Assembly: GCA_963737265.1 (NCBI GenBank)
Contig: CAVTRY010000017.1
Coordinates: 48,279-112,278 of the forward strand
Length of the DNA: 64,000 nucleotides
Source: an uncultured delta proteobacterium
GTDB taxonomy: Bacteria; Myxococcota_A; Polyangia; Fen-1088
Reading direction: 5' to 3'
The notes under the pieces were generated by a model. It was not told where the DNA came from, did not search any database, and saw only the letters and a list, made by a program, of their open reading frames with translations. Positions 51,744 to 61,494 of the stretch are shown here, one piece after another (positions within the stretch are counted from its first letter, which is position 1; every line of letters starts with the position of its first letter). Made by a program: the position numbers and the translations under genes.

Positions 51744-53613
51744 CTCTCGTAGGCAGTGCAAGTAAAAAGAACAGGGAGTGATTCGGGTCGTCTGGGCACA
51801 CGAGATCCGTTCCGCGGTCAGGAAGATGCGGTGGAAAGGATCAGGTGCGCGAAGAAGATTGAGCGGGCGAGAGATCGGGAGGCAATCGGCCTGGTAATCG
51901 AAACGCTCCAGTAGGATGTCCGCGAGGGCCGGCATCGAGTCAGCTTGCAACGGAGATTGGGTCAGGTCGATGGATCCTCAGGGTGCCTCGAAACAGACAG
52001 CGCTCTTGCACAAGGCAGAGATGAGCTTCAACAGGAGGTCACCCGTCGGATATCTCACACGTTCAAGGAATTGGTTTGCTTTGGTTGTTTGCTCCTTTTC
52101 TGCAAGTGGGTCTGACCAAGATGGACAGGGTCAGATCAAAAATCCTCAGGGTGCCTCAAGACAGACGGCGCTCTTGCACATGGCAGAGATACGCTGCAAC
52201 AGAAGGTCACCCTTCGGAAATCTAGAATGTTCAACATGGGTCGTTCCAACACCAGCATGGCTACGTCGTCACCTGCAGACGGCGGGTGTCGAAGAGCTTG
52301 CTGCTATCAAAGGTGCCACCGCGACCGACGTGGTACAGCCCCTTGGCCAGCTTGCGCATCAGCGCGACGGCAGCTCGCGAGGCTCGGCCGCCGTCTCGTT
52401 GCTTTTTGCGCTGGTACCAGGCGTTGGCGATGGGATCATCCTGAATCCAGCGGAAGATGGCGAGCCAGAGTAGCTGGCGTACGCGTGATGGACCACGCTT
52501 GGTGATCTTGATCTGACCGTGCATGGTACCGCTGCTTTTCTCCTTGAGGTTGAGGCCCATGGCTTTGAGGAAAGCGCGCGTACACGGGTACGCTCTTGCA
52601 TCACCGACCTCGGCGAAGATGGCGGCAGCGGTGGTGTGACCGACGACTGGGGCAAGCGCGACGGCGGGCGTGGTGGCGGCGAGTTTGTCAACTTTGGTCT
52701 TGGCCGTGCTGAAGGCGCGGTGGGCGTGATAGGCCCCGTCAGCGATGGCCATCAAAGCGTCGCGTTCAAGGCCGACCATCGGGACGCCGACGGAGGTGCT
52801 GGCCGAGGCGACAACGGCAGCAACGTCGTCGTCGGCGATCAACCTGTGACTGATACCACGAAGGAGCTTGGTGGCCTGGTCTGGGTGAGCGGCGACATCG
52901 ACAGGACCGCCGATGCGCGCGAGCAGCGCCATGAGAGACGCCGAAGTCAAATCAAGCAGGCTGGGCAACTCGGGCCAGTGGCGAGCGAGCCAACTTTCCA
53001 AGCGATGCACGAGCTGCAGGTAGCGCTCCTGGTGCAGATCCATGATGGCCAGCGCTGCCTTGAGCTGGCGACGTTCTGGGACTTCGTCAGGCAGGCGGGT
53101 GGAAAGGCCGTCGGCGTGCAGCCTGGCGATGATGGCGGCAGCCTTGGCGTCGTGAAGACTGGGCACGCCGTCGAAGATTTCCTTCGCATCGTGGGTGCGC
53201 TTGCCGCTGACCATGAAGATCGGAAAGCGGTCCTGTTCGAGCTGGTGGCGAAGCACATCGCCGTAGGTTCCGGAAGGCTCCATGACGGCTTCGACGATGA
53301 TGCCGGCGGTGCGGTAGCTGCGCAGGATGGAGAGCACCGTGGGGTTCTGCTCTGGGGCCTTCCAAGAGATGGTGTGCAGCACACGCCCGTCGGCGCCAGC
53401 GAACGCTGCAACCATGTCGACCTTGGCGACGTCGATGGCGAGGACCAGCTTGCCGCCCAGGTCGGCGGGCGAGATGCTTTGTGGTTGAAAATCATTGACG
53501 GGCATTCTGCGATAGATACGCTTCTTCATGGGGATGACATCCTTCGTCATGGTTTCGGACTTCGGCACTTTTGGGACGTCCCCGTTTCCATTTGCAACTA
53601 CCTTTAGCTGACT
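51744..53613 (-). mobile_element. IS110-family element copy 2 in attC3
   Basis: Same ends as copy 1; CT core at both junctions (51744-51745, 53612-53613). Confidence 0.92.
52261..53529 (-). CDS. IS110-family recombinase, copy 2
   Basis: Near-identical to copy 1 with a diverged internal block. Confidence 0.92.
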   Translation of the reverse strand: MKKRIYRRMPVNDFQPQSISPADLGGKLVLAIDVAKVDMVAAFAGADGRVLHTISWKAPEQNPTVLSILRSYRTAGIIVEAVMEPSGTYGDVLRHQLEQDRFPIFMVSGKRTHDAKEIFDGVPSLHDAKAAAIIARLHADGLSTRLPDEVPERRQLKAALAIMDLHQERYLQLVHRLESWLARHWPELPSLLDLTSASLMALLARIGGPVDVAAHPDQATKLLRGISHRLIADDDVAAVVASASTSVGVPMVGLERDALMAIADGAYHAHRAFSTAKTKVDKLAATTPAVALAPVVGHTTAAAIFAEVGDARAYPCTRAFLKAMGLNLKEKSSGTMHGQIKITKRGPSRVRQLLWLAIFRWIQDDPIANAWYQRKKQRDGGRASRAAVALMRKLAKGLYHVGRGGTFDSSKLFDTRRLQVTT

Positions 53614-53788
53614 GACAGGGGCCAACGGTCCGCTCTCGGTCGACACTCACCGAGCCGGGGCCGCGCGGCTCTTCAATAATACTGTCGAACGCCGCGCGGC
53701 CCCGGCAGTGCTACTATCGACGGCCAGCGTACGGCCCCTGCCGCTGAACGGCACGCCGTTAGCCAGACTTCAGCTCCTGCGAAAGCCT

Positions 53789-53817
53789 TTGACACGTCGA
53801 TATCGTGAAGCAATCAT
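53789..53817 (+). promoter_or_regulatory. Candidate cassette-internal sigma70 promoter
   Basis: TTGACA - 17 nt - AATCAT, ~30 bp upstream of the MTase ATG. Confidence 0.45.
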
Positions 53818-53849
53818 CCTCGCATGTCCGTGTATCCAGGCACATCGCC

Positions 53850-55061
53850 ATGACGCCACCTCTCACTGCTGTCGACCTCTTCTGCGGGGCCGGAGGCCTC
53901 TCCCTCGGCTTCCACGCCGCCGGTTTCCAGGTCTTGAAATCGATCGACCACAACTCAGCCGCTGTCGCGACCTATGCCAAGGCTTTGGGCCATCACGTCG
54001 AAGAGGAGGAAATTACGGAAGACACCGCACTTCCCAAGGCGACCGTGATCGCAGGTGGCCCACCGTGTCAGGGCTTCTCTTCGGCGGGCATGCGGCGCGC
54101 AGGCGACCATCGCAACACGTTGGTATCCGTCTTCGCCAAGGTAGTCACAAAGCAGAAGCCCCTCGCGTTCGTGTTCGAGAACGTCGAAGGTTTTCTGACG
54201 GGCGAGGATGGAGCCCGCGTTCTTGATCTCCTCGAACCTCTTGTCGAAGCCGGCTACCGCATCCATCTCCGCAAAGTGAATGTTGCCAACTATGGCGTGC
54301 CACAACACCGAAAGCGTGTGATAGCGATTGGTGGCCTTCGCTGGACTCCAACCCTTCCCGAACCGACGCACGCCGCATACGGTGCCCCTGGCGCATCGCT
54401 CGTCAAAGGCAATCTGCCACCCACTCCGACCGTGCTTGAGACTCTGGCTGGCTTAGACCGCCCATCTGAATGCGCCCCAGGCAAGCCTCAGGGACACTTC
54501 GCACCACCTCTCGACGGGGACGACATGGAGCGCGTCCAGCGATTGAAGCAAGGGGAAACTATGCGGGATCTTCCACCCGCTATGTGGCACCAGAGTTTCG
54601 AACGACGAGCCTACCGACGGGTAATGGATGGAACGCCCACGGAGCGTCGGGGCGGAGCTCCGTCAGGCATTCGGCGACTCTCCGGCGACCAACCGTCGAA
54701 GGCGATTACAAGTTTCGCGCGTAACGAATTTGTGCATCCAACAGAGGATCGTTTCCTCACCCTGCGCGAGTGCGCGCGCATCCAGACCTTTCCAGATACC
54801 TTCGAATTCGCAGGAAAGATCTCTGACCAGGCGTTGCTGATTGGCAATGCGGTTCCACCACTATTCGCCGAAGCGGTCGCTAGACATCTGGCTGCTCAGT
54901 TGCGCGCAGGGGTGAAGCAGGATGCCGGTGAAGGACGATTGCTCAGCTTCGTTCCCACAATGTCGACCGGGATGAGCCCAGCATTGCAACGAATCACTGC
55001 GGTGGTGCAGAACACATTCTGTGTTGCCGCCTCGAATACACAACTTCAGCTATGGCGATAA
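53850..55061 (+). CDS. Cassette 4: C5-cytosine DNA methyltransferase
   Basis: DLFCGAGG (I), GGPPCQGFS (IV), FENV (VI), YGVPQHRKRV (VIII), RECARIQTFPD (IX), IGNAVPP (X). Confidence 0.95.
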   Translation: MTPPLTAVDLFCGAGGLSLGFHAAGFQVLKSIDHNSAAVATYAKALGHHVEEEEITEDTALPKATVIAGGPPCQGFSSAGMRRAGDHRNTLVSVFAKVVTKQKPLAFVFENVEGFLTGEDGARVLDLLEPLVEAGYRIHLRKVNVANYGVPQHRKRVIAIGGLRWTPTLPEPTHAAYGAPGASLVKGNLPPTPTVLETLAGLDRPSECAPGKPQGHFAPPLDGDDMERVQRLKQGETMRDLPPAMWHQSFERRAYRRVMDGTPTERRGGAPSGIRRLSGDQPSKAITSFARNEFVHPTEDRFLTLRECARIQTFPDTFEFAGKISDQALLIGNAVPPLFAEAVARHLAAQLRAGVKQDAGEGRLLSFVPTMSTGMSPALQRITAVVQNTFCVAASNTQLQLWR

Positions 55062-56104
55062 CCCAAGCACAGAAGGCAATGATCGAGAAGGCACGCTCTG
55101 TCGGCAACTCCGACTTCGCAGTACCGCTCAACGACGCGGTTTGTTGCTATCTCGTCGCTGTCATTGTCAGCGATCTCGGGTTGGATAAGTCGTTTCCGGA
55201 ACTCGCCAAGTCAATTAGGCCATTCTTCAGCAAAGAACCGCTGGAAGATCTGGCCCTGCCAGGGCTCGATTTCTGGAAGCTCGTTGAGCGGCTATTGAAA
55301 GCCGATTCGAACACTGATACCTACTTTTCGTGTCTTGCGATGCTTCACAAGTGTCGCCTGAAATACGCACGCATTCTAGAAAGGCAGGCAATCCCGACGA
55401 TGGATCAGGTTGGCCCGAGGGGCCTCCTGCAATACGGAACCATGAGTCCGCGCGCGCTTACCGGATTCATGCTGTGGCGAAAGTGGCTTTTCGACATCGA
55501 CAACCGTGCCGGTCAGGAGACAGGGTATCTCTTCGAACCGATCATCGCGCACTCAATCGGAGGCGTTCCCGTCAGTGCAAAGAAGAGTCCAATCCGCCGC
55601 CTGCTCGACCGCAACAAGGGCCGTCAGGTTGACTGCATTCGGGACAAGCGTGCATATGAAATCAAGTTGCGCGTTACGATCGCGGCATCGGGCCAGGGGC
55701 GATGGCAGGAGGAGATGGATTTCCCTTCTGACGCTAGAGCAAGCGGTTACAAGCCGGTACTGATCATCTTCGACCCCACAGCGAACGACAAGCAGGACGC
55801 GCTCAAGAAAGCCTTCCTCGAAAAACGTGGCGAGGTCTACATTGGCGCGGAAGCTTGGGATCATCTCGATTCTCTCGCAGGGGCAACCATGTCGAAGTTC
55901 ATTGAGCGCTACGTTCGTGAACCGATCCAGGCCTTGCTCGCCGAGGTTCCATTGCAAGGGTTGCCCAATCTGACATTGAAGATGTCCGACAGCGAGATGA
56001 GTATATCCATCGGGGGAGAGCACTGGACGACCAGCCGCGCACCAGCTGCGGACGAGGAGTCGTCCGATGAGGCAGAGATCCCCGAGGATCTGGACGAGCC
56101 ATGA
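55052..56104 (+). CDS. Cassette 4: putative type II restriction endonuclease
   Basis: Overlaps the MTase 3' end; GYLFE...QVDCI...AYEIKLR PD-(D/E)xK pattern (reminiscent of ApaLI-like enzymes, tentative). Confidence 0.7.
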   Translation: MAITQAQKAMIEKARSVGNSDFAVPLNDAVCCYLVAVIVSDLGLDKSFPELAKSIRPFFSKEPLEDLALPGLDFWKLVERLLKADSNTDTYFSCLAMLHKCRLKYARILERQAIPTMDQVGPRGLLQYGTMSPRALTGFMLWRKWLFDIDNRAGQETGYLFEPIIAHSIGGVPVSAKKSPIRRLLDRNKGRQVDCIRDKRAYEIKLRVTIAASGQGRWQEEMDFPSDARASGYKPVLIIFDPTANDKQDALKKAFLEKRGEVYIGAEAWDHLDSLAGATMSKFIERYVREPIQALLAEVPLQGLPNLTLKMSDSEMSISIGGEHWTTSRAPAADEESSDEAEIPEDLDEP

Positions 56105-56181
56105 CTTGGACTCCCCATCGTCGGCGGCGGATTCGGACGGAAGGAGCCGGCGAGGAATCCACCATGGGACTTAAGTCGGCT

Positions 56182-56252
56182 GGCTAACAAGCCGTTGAAG
56201 CTGTCGATCGGCCGCAGACGGCCGCTCGCAGCTTAACGGCAAGGCGTTAGCC
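56182..56252 (+). other. attC4, intact, 71 bp
   Basis: GGCTAAC AAGCCGTTGAAGCTGTCGATCGGCCG-CAGA-CGGCCGCTCGCAGCTTAACGG CAAGGC GTTAGCC; R and L boxes pair with extrahelical bases. Confidence 0.93.
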
Positions 56253-58279
56253 GGACCATGACCTTCACGAAGCTTCTACACCATTCCCGGACCAAGGAGA
56301 TTCATGCCCATCAGCGCGAAAGATGAACACGACCTCGACGTACTCGTTGACCAACACCATCGTCAAGCCGGGACCAAGCGGCGCGAGGACTTCTTCCCGC
56401 TCCTCTACGTTCCCCGACGGTTCAAGTGCATGCCCGAGGAACTACTTCCGCAGGTGGCCTTCGGGAACAACGACTACGGTATCGACGCCTACTACATCGA
56501 CCGTGTCGGCCGCAACCTCTACCTATATCAGTTCAAGTGGTCGGAAAACCCGCTCCTGTTCAGGGACTCCCTTGAGCGCCTCGCTGTCTCGGGGATGCAA
56601 CGAATATTCGGTTCGGCGCAAGTCGATTCTCAGCAGAACGAGGTGCTCCGCTCGCTTCGTGCCGATATCGAAGAGGCCCGGACTCTGATTGAGCGTGTCT
56701 ACGTTCATTTTGTTTTCAAGGGTGATATTGAGAAGGCCGAGTCGAGCGCTGGACTTGCTGATCGCAAAGAAAATCTGGAGAACAAGGCACACTTCGTGGA
56801 AGAATTCTTTGGGCGTCCAGTTCCCCTTGCCGTCGAGTACATCGCGGACCGCCGAACTGGGAACCGACCGCAGCATGGAGACTCGTACACTGCGTGGTTC
56901 GGCGACCATGTCAAATTTGAGATTCCTGGGGCTTCAGTCCGGATGCACATTGGATTTCTCCGGTTGGTCGACCTACATGACATGTACCGCGCCATAGGGC
57001 CGAAGTTCTTCGACCGCAACGTCCGCGCAGGGCTATCCCCGAACAACCAGCCCAACCTGAAGATTCGCGAGGCCCTCGGGAACATCGTTCTGAAGGAAGT
57101 CGAGCCAGCAGAATACTTTACCCTGAACCACAACGGCGTAACCCTCGCCGTGGAGCGCCTCGATTTCGCAGATGGCCAGGTTGGCCAGGTGACCTTCAAG
57201 GTCCCTAGGCTACTCAATGGCGCCCAGACCGTAACGAGCGTCGCCCGCTTCCTTGAAGACAACCATGATCACCCGGCCTTGAAGAGTGGCAGGGAACAGC
57301 TTTCGAAGATACGGGTGTTGGCCAAAGTCGTCGTCGACGATCCTTTCGGTCCTCTCGTAACAAAGGTGACCATCTCGAATAACCAACAGAATCCCGTTCA
57401 CCCCTGGAACCTTCGAGCGAATGATCGCATCCAGTGTGATCTTCAGGACAGGTTTGCCCAGGTAGGATTGTTCTATTCCCGTCAGGAAAATGGGTTCATC
57501 GCGCGTTCGGGTGATTGCGAAGGCAACGGCGTAGCCGCCGCTCCGGGGGCCGGCAAGGCGCTTCGCGCCTCCTCCGCTTCGCTCCGGCCCTACGGGTGAC
57601 GGCCTCCTCGCTGGCGGCTCAGGTGCTGCTATGCGACGACGAGGATCTCGTCGCCGCGCGCGACGGTGCGCGAAATGAAAAGTGGACGTCCGTCGGTGAT
57701 CCTTCGGGTTTATGCAAATCACGAGGAACTCCCAACGAACGTCCGTCCCTGGTATTTTGGCATTGCAGCTGGCCATTGCAAACGGCTGGCGTGTCAGTTT
57801 CGACAGCTACAGCGGTACCGATGGCTCCTGGCATGTACACCTGTATCCGACCAGGCAGTCGGCTGTGTGCTCCGGCTGTGGAGAGACCAAGCGCTGCGCG
57901 CTGGATATCAAGAATTGCGCCCGGGCCTGGCGTCATCTCGACGGTTGGGGCATCCGCACGGTCGTCATCGCGCCTCTGCGGCGCGTGCGCTGTCGCCGCT
58001 GTGGGATCCGGGTCGAACAGGTCCCGTGGGCGCGCACCGGCTCGCGCATGACTCACATGTTCGAGGCGGAGGTCCTGCGGCGTGCCCGCACGACTTCCAT
58101 TGCCGGCGTGTGCCGCCAACTCGGGCTGCACTGGACTACCGTCATGCGCCTCATCACCCACTGGGTCGAGGATGCGGTCGAGCGCCGCTTCCATCGCAAG
58201 CTTCGCATCATCGGCGTCGACGAGGTCAGCTACGGCCGAGGCCAGAACAAGTATCTGACCATCGTCTGGGACCACGAGG

Positions 58280-59567
58280 CAGGGTCATCGCATCTAAATC
58301 CCGAACGATCTTCGCGGTATAGCCGGCGCACCAGAGAGGAACGTTTTTTGATTGAAGGGCGATATCGTGGCTTGTTCGTAAGTCATGAAGCGAACAACCG
58401 TGGCGGAACGAGAAAAGGAAGAGCTGGCGGCATCGATCCTGGAGTACTTCGCGTCGGTGCCGGATCCGCGGGTGGAGCGGACGCGGCACCACGCGCTGAC
58501 GGACATCCTGATGCTATCGTTGTGTGCCGTGGTCTGTGGTGCTGACTCCTTCTGTGCTATCGAGACCTATGGGCGGGCAAGAGAAGCCTGGTTACGAACG
58601 TTTATCGGTCTGCGCGGCGGGATTCCCACACACGACACCATCGGGAGGGTGTTTGCAGCCCTGAATCCAGATGCCCTGGCTGAGAGGTTCCGGCAGTGGA
58701 TCTTGAGCGTGGCGCGACTCACGAAAGGCGAGGTCGTGGCCATCGACGGCAAGACGCTGCGACGATCCTTCCAAGAGGCCGGCAGCCACGCTTTCGTCCA
58801 CATGGTTAGTGCCTGGGCCACCAACAACCACGTGGTTCTTGGGCAGGTCAAGACAGAGGAGAAATCCAACGAGATCACTGCCATTCCGCGGTTGCTCAAG
58901 CTCCTGAAGATCAAGGGCTGTCTAGTAACTATCGATGCGATGGGCTGCCAGAAGCAGATCACCGCAGATATCCAGGACGCCGACGCGGATTACCTGCTCG
59001 CGGTGAAGGAGAACCAACCCACGCTCAGCGCTGAAGTGACGACAATCTTCGCGCATTGTCGTCGCGACCCGACGGGATTGGACGTGGATTTTCACGAGAC
59101 ACGCGATGTTGGGCACGGACGAACCGAGGTTCGCCGGTGCTGGACCACAAACATGGTCGAGAGCATCTCCCAGTACCAGGAATGGACGGGTCTGAGCAGC
59201 TTGGTATTGATCGAGTCCGAGCGCACGGTCTCGGGGCACACTTCAACCGAGTGCCGCTACTACATCAGTTCGCGAAAGAACCTCCCAGCAGATGCCGCTC
59301 TCGACGCCGCTCGGAAGCACTGGGGAATCGAAAATGAATTGCACTGGGTTCTCGACGTCACTTTCCGTGAGGACGAATGCCGTGTTCGCGCCGGCAACGC
59401 CGCCCAGAACTTTGCAGTGATGCGCCACATCTCACTCAACCTCCTCAAATCAGTCAAAGACTGCAGGCTCAGCATCAGGCTTCGCCGAATGCGCGCGGCA
59501 TGGGATCAGGACTTCATTCTGCAAGTCCTCATGGCCCAACCCGATGTGGGATGATGCGATGACCCTG
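58280..59567 (+). mobile_element. ISAs1-family element copy 1
   Basis: TIR CAGGGTCATCGCATC / GATGCGATGACCCTG; 10-bp TSD GACCACGAGG (58270-58279, 59568-59577). Confidence 0.95.
58385..59554 (+). CDS. ISAs1 transposase
   Basis: VPDPR, GIPTHDT, AIDGKTLR, KSNEITA, TIDAMGCQ, HGRTE, HWGIENELHWVLDV. Confidence 0.95.
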   Translation: MKRTTVAEREKEELAASILEYFASVPDPRVERTRHHALTDILMLSLCAVVCGADSFCAIETYGRAREAWLRTFIGLRGGIPTHDTIGRVFAALNPDALAERFRQWILSVARLTKGEVVAIDGKTLRRSFQEAGSHAFVHMVSAWATNNHVVLGQVKTEEKSNEITAIPRLLKLLKIKGCLVTIDAMGCQKQITADIQDADADYLLAVKENQPTLSAEVTTIFAHCRRDPTGLDVDFHETRDVGHGRTEVRRCWTTNMVESISQYQEWTGLSSLVLIESERTVSGHTSTECRYYISSRKNLPADAALDAARKHWGIENELHWVLDVTFREDECRVRAGNAAQNFAVMRHISLNLLKSVKDCRLSIRLRRMRAAWDQDFILQVLMAQPDVG

Positions 59568-60925
59568 GACCACGAGGCCGGACACGTGGTTTGGATCGGC
59601 GAGGGCAAGCAGGAGGAAACACTCAAGCAGTTTTTCGTGAAGCTGGGACCGCGCCGGTCGCATCGGCTGGTGGCAGTCACGCTGGACATGGCCCAAGGCT
59701 ACATCAACGCCATCTGCGAACATGCCCCACAGGCTGACCTCGTCTTCGACCGATTCCACATCGAGCACCACCTCACCGACGCCGTCGACCAGGTCCGCAA
59801 GGCGGAATTTTGGCGCAAGGGTGGCCTGTATCGCGAGGCCATCCGAGGCAAGAAGTTCCTCCTGCTCAAGAAGCGTCGTCGTCTTCACTGGCGTCGCCGT
59901 CGCGAGCTTGACGAGCTATTCCGCCTCAACCGACGTCTCCAGGTAGCGTACCTGCTCAAGGAGCAGTTCGACGTCGTATGGGGCTATCACACTGAGGTCG
60001 GTATGGCTGCAGCACTCGACCACTGGCGTCGCCTATTACGCTGGCAACGACTTGGCTCGTTGAAGCGATTCTGGAACATGATTAAGCGCCATTGGTCGGG
60101 CGTTATTGCCTGGGCCAAGCACGGTCTTTCCAACGCAGCCCTCGAAGGCAACAATTCACGTGTTCGCGGCATCAGCCAGCGTGGCCACGGCTACCGCAAC
60201 CCCGACAACCTCATGCAGATCCTGTATTTCTCATGCTGCCACTGACCCTCGACGGAAGCTCACCCGAAAGCGTGATGGGCGGGAAAATGCGATTGAAGGG
60301 CTCTCGGACGATGAACTCGAGGACATGGGTATCAATGACGACCGCCCGATCAACATTCGACCACTCGCCCAGACGTTTCTTGCCGTCCAAGGGGACGTCG
60401 CACACATGTCCCATCTTCGTGAGATATTCGAAGACCAGAAGCTCTACGATAGCACGTTCCGAAAGAGCTACCTGTCTGCTGAGGTCGCTGACATCGTCCT
60501 TGCTTACAAAGCTGGCTTGATGCTCAGTCCGATCATTCGCCATATGGAAGACAAGGCGCCGCAGTGGATGTTTGCGCCGATTCGCAGATCGCGCAATCTC
60601 GTCTGGGCGCTCTTGACCCAGGGGATACTCAACGACTCCAAGCTGTCAGCCAATAGGGATTCTTGGGGAATCAGCCTCCGACGGGAGCGTGACTACTCCG
60701 ATTACCTGAGTGGGATCGCCTGCAACCGCATTTCGCCGATCCTCAAAGAGGTCTTCGCCAGCGATTCCAACCGCGAGAAAATTGAGGCAAATCGCTTCGA
60801 TTTCGTTCAGTCGAAGGAAACCTACCGCCGTTGCGTGGCGACGGCAGAGACGCGCTTCAAATGGAAGAAATCGTCGTTTTGAGTGGCTCTGGGCGATGCT
60901 ATACGGCGAGCCTACTCGGGCGGCC

Positions 60926-60946
60926 GGCTAACAAGCCGTTGCAGCG
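60926..60946 (+). other. attC5 left part, split by IS110 copy 3
   Basis: GGCTAACAAGCCGTTGCAGCG; CCGGCTAAC complements GTTAGCCGG at 56246. Confidence 0.85.
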
Positions 60947-61494
60947 CTCGTAGGCAGTGCAAGTAAAAAGAACAGGGAGTGATTCGGGTTGTCTGGGCAC
61001 ACGAGATCCGTTCCGCGGTCTGAAAGATGCGGTGGAAAGGATCAGGTGCGCGAAGAAGATTGAGCGGGCGAGAGATCGGGAGGCAATCGGCCTGGTAATC
61101 GAAACGCTCCAGTAGGATGTCCGCGAGGGCCGGCATCGAGTCAGCTTGCAACGGAGATTGGGTCAGGTCGATGGATCCTCAGGGTGCCTCGAAACAGACA
61201 GCGCTCTTGCACAAGGCAGAGATGAGCTTCAACAGAAGGTCACCCGTCGGATATCTCACACGTTCAAGGAATTGGTTTGCTTTGGTTGTTTGCTCCTTTT
61301 CTGCAAGTGGGTCTGACCAAGATGGACAGGGTCAGATCAAAAATCCTCGGGGTGCCTCAAGACAGACGGCGCTCTTGCACATGGCAGAGATACGCTGCAA
61401 CAGAAGGTCACCCTTCGGAAATCCAGAATGGTCAACATGGGTCGTTCCAACACCAGCATGGCTACGTCGTCACCTGCAGACGGCGGGTGTCGAA

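Larger units (their letters stand above)
51725..53764 (+). other. attC3 (172 bp rejoined: 51725-51745 + 53614-53764), split by IS110 copy 2
   Basis: GGCTAACAAGCCGTTGCAGCT | GACAGGGGCC...GGCCCCTGCCGCTGAACGGCACGCCGTTAGCC. Confidence 0.85.
57712..60245 (+). pseudogene. ISL3 transposase split by ISAs1 (57712-58279 + 59578-60245)
   Basis: Zn finger CSGC/CRRC, IGVDEVSY, TLDMA, FDRFH, SNAALEGNNS, GYRN. Confidence 0.88.
57493..60281 (+). mobile_element. ISL3-family element, itself interrupted by ISAs1
   Basis: 8-bp TSD GGAAAATG (57485-57492, 60282-60289); IRs GGTTCATCGCGCGTTCGGGTGA / TCACCCGAAAGCGTGATGGGCG. Confidence 0.88.
56304..60882 (+). pseudogene. Cassette 5: AIPR-family protein gene interrupted by ISL3 (parts 56304-57492 and 60290-60882)
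   Basis: DYGIDAYY...YQFK; FDRNVRAGL, NHNGVTL, LNGAQT, NNQQNPV, LRAND; frame rejoins as SRQEN-AIEGLSD after IS removal. Confidence 0.88.
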
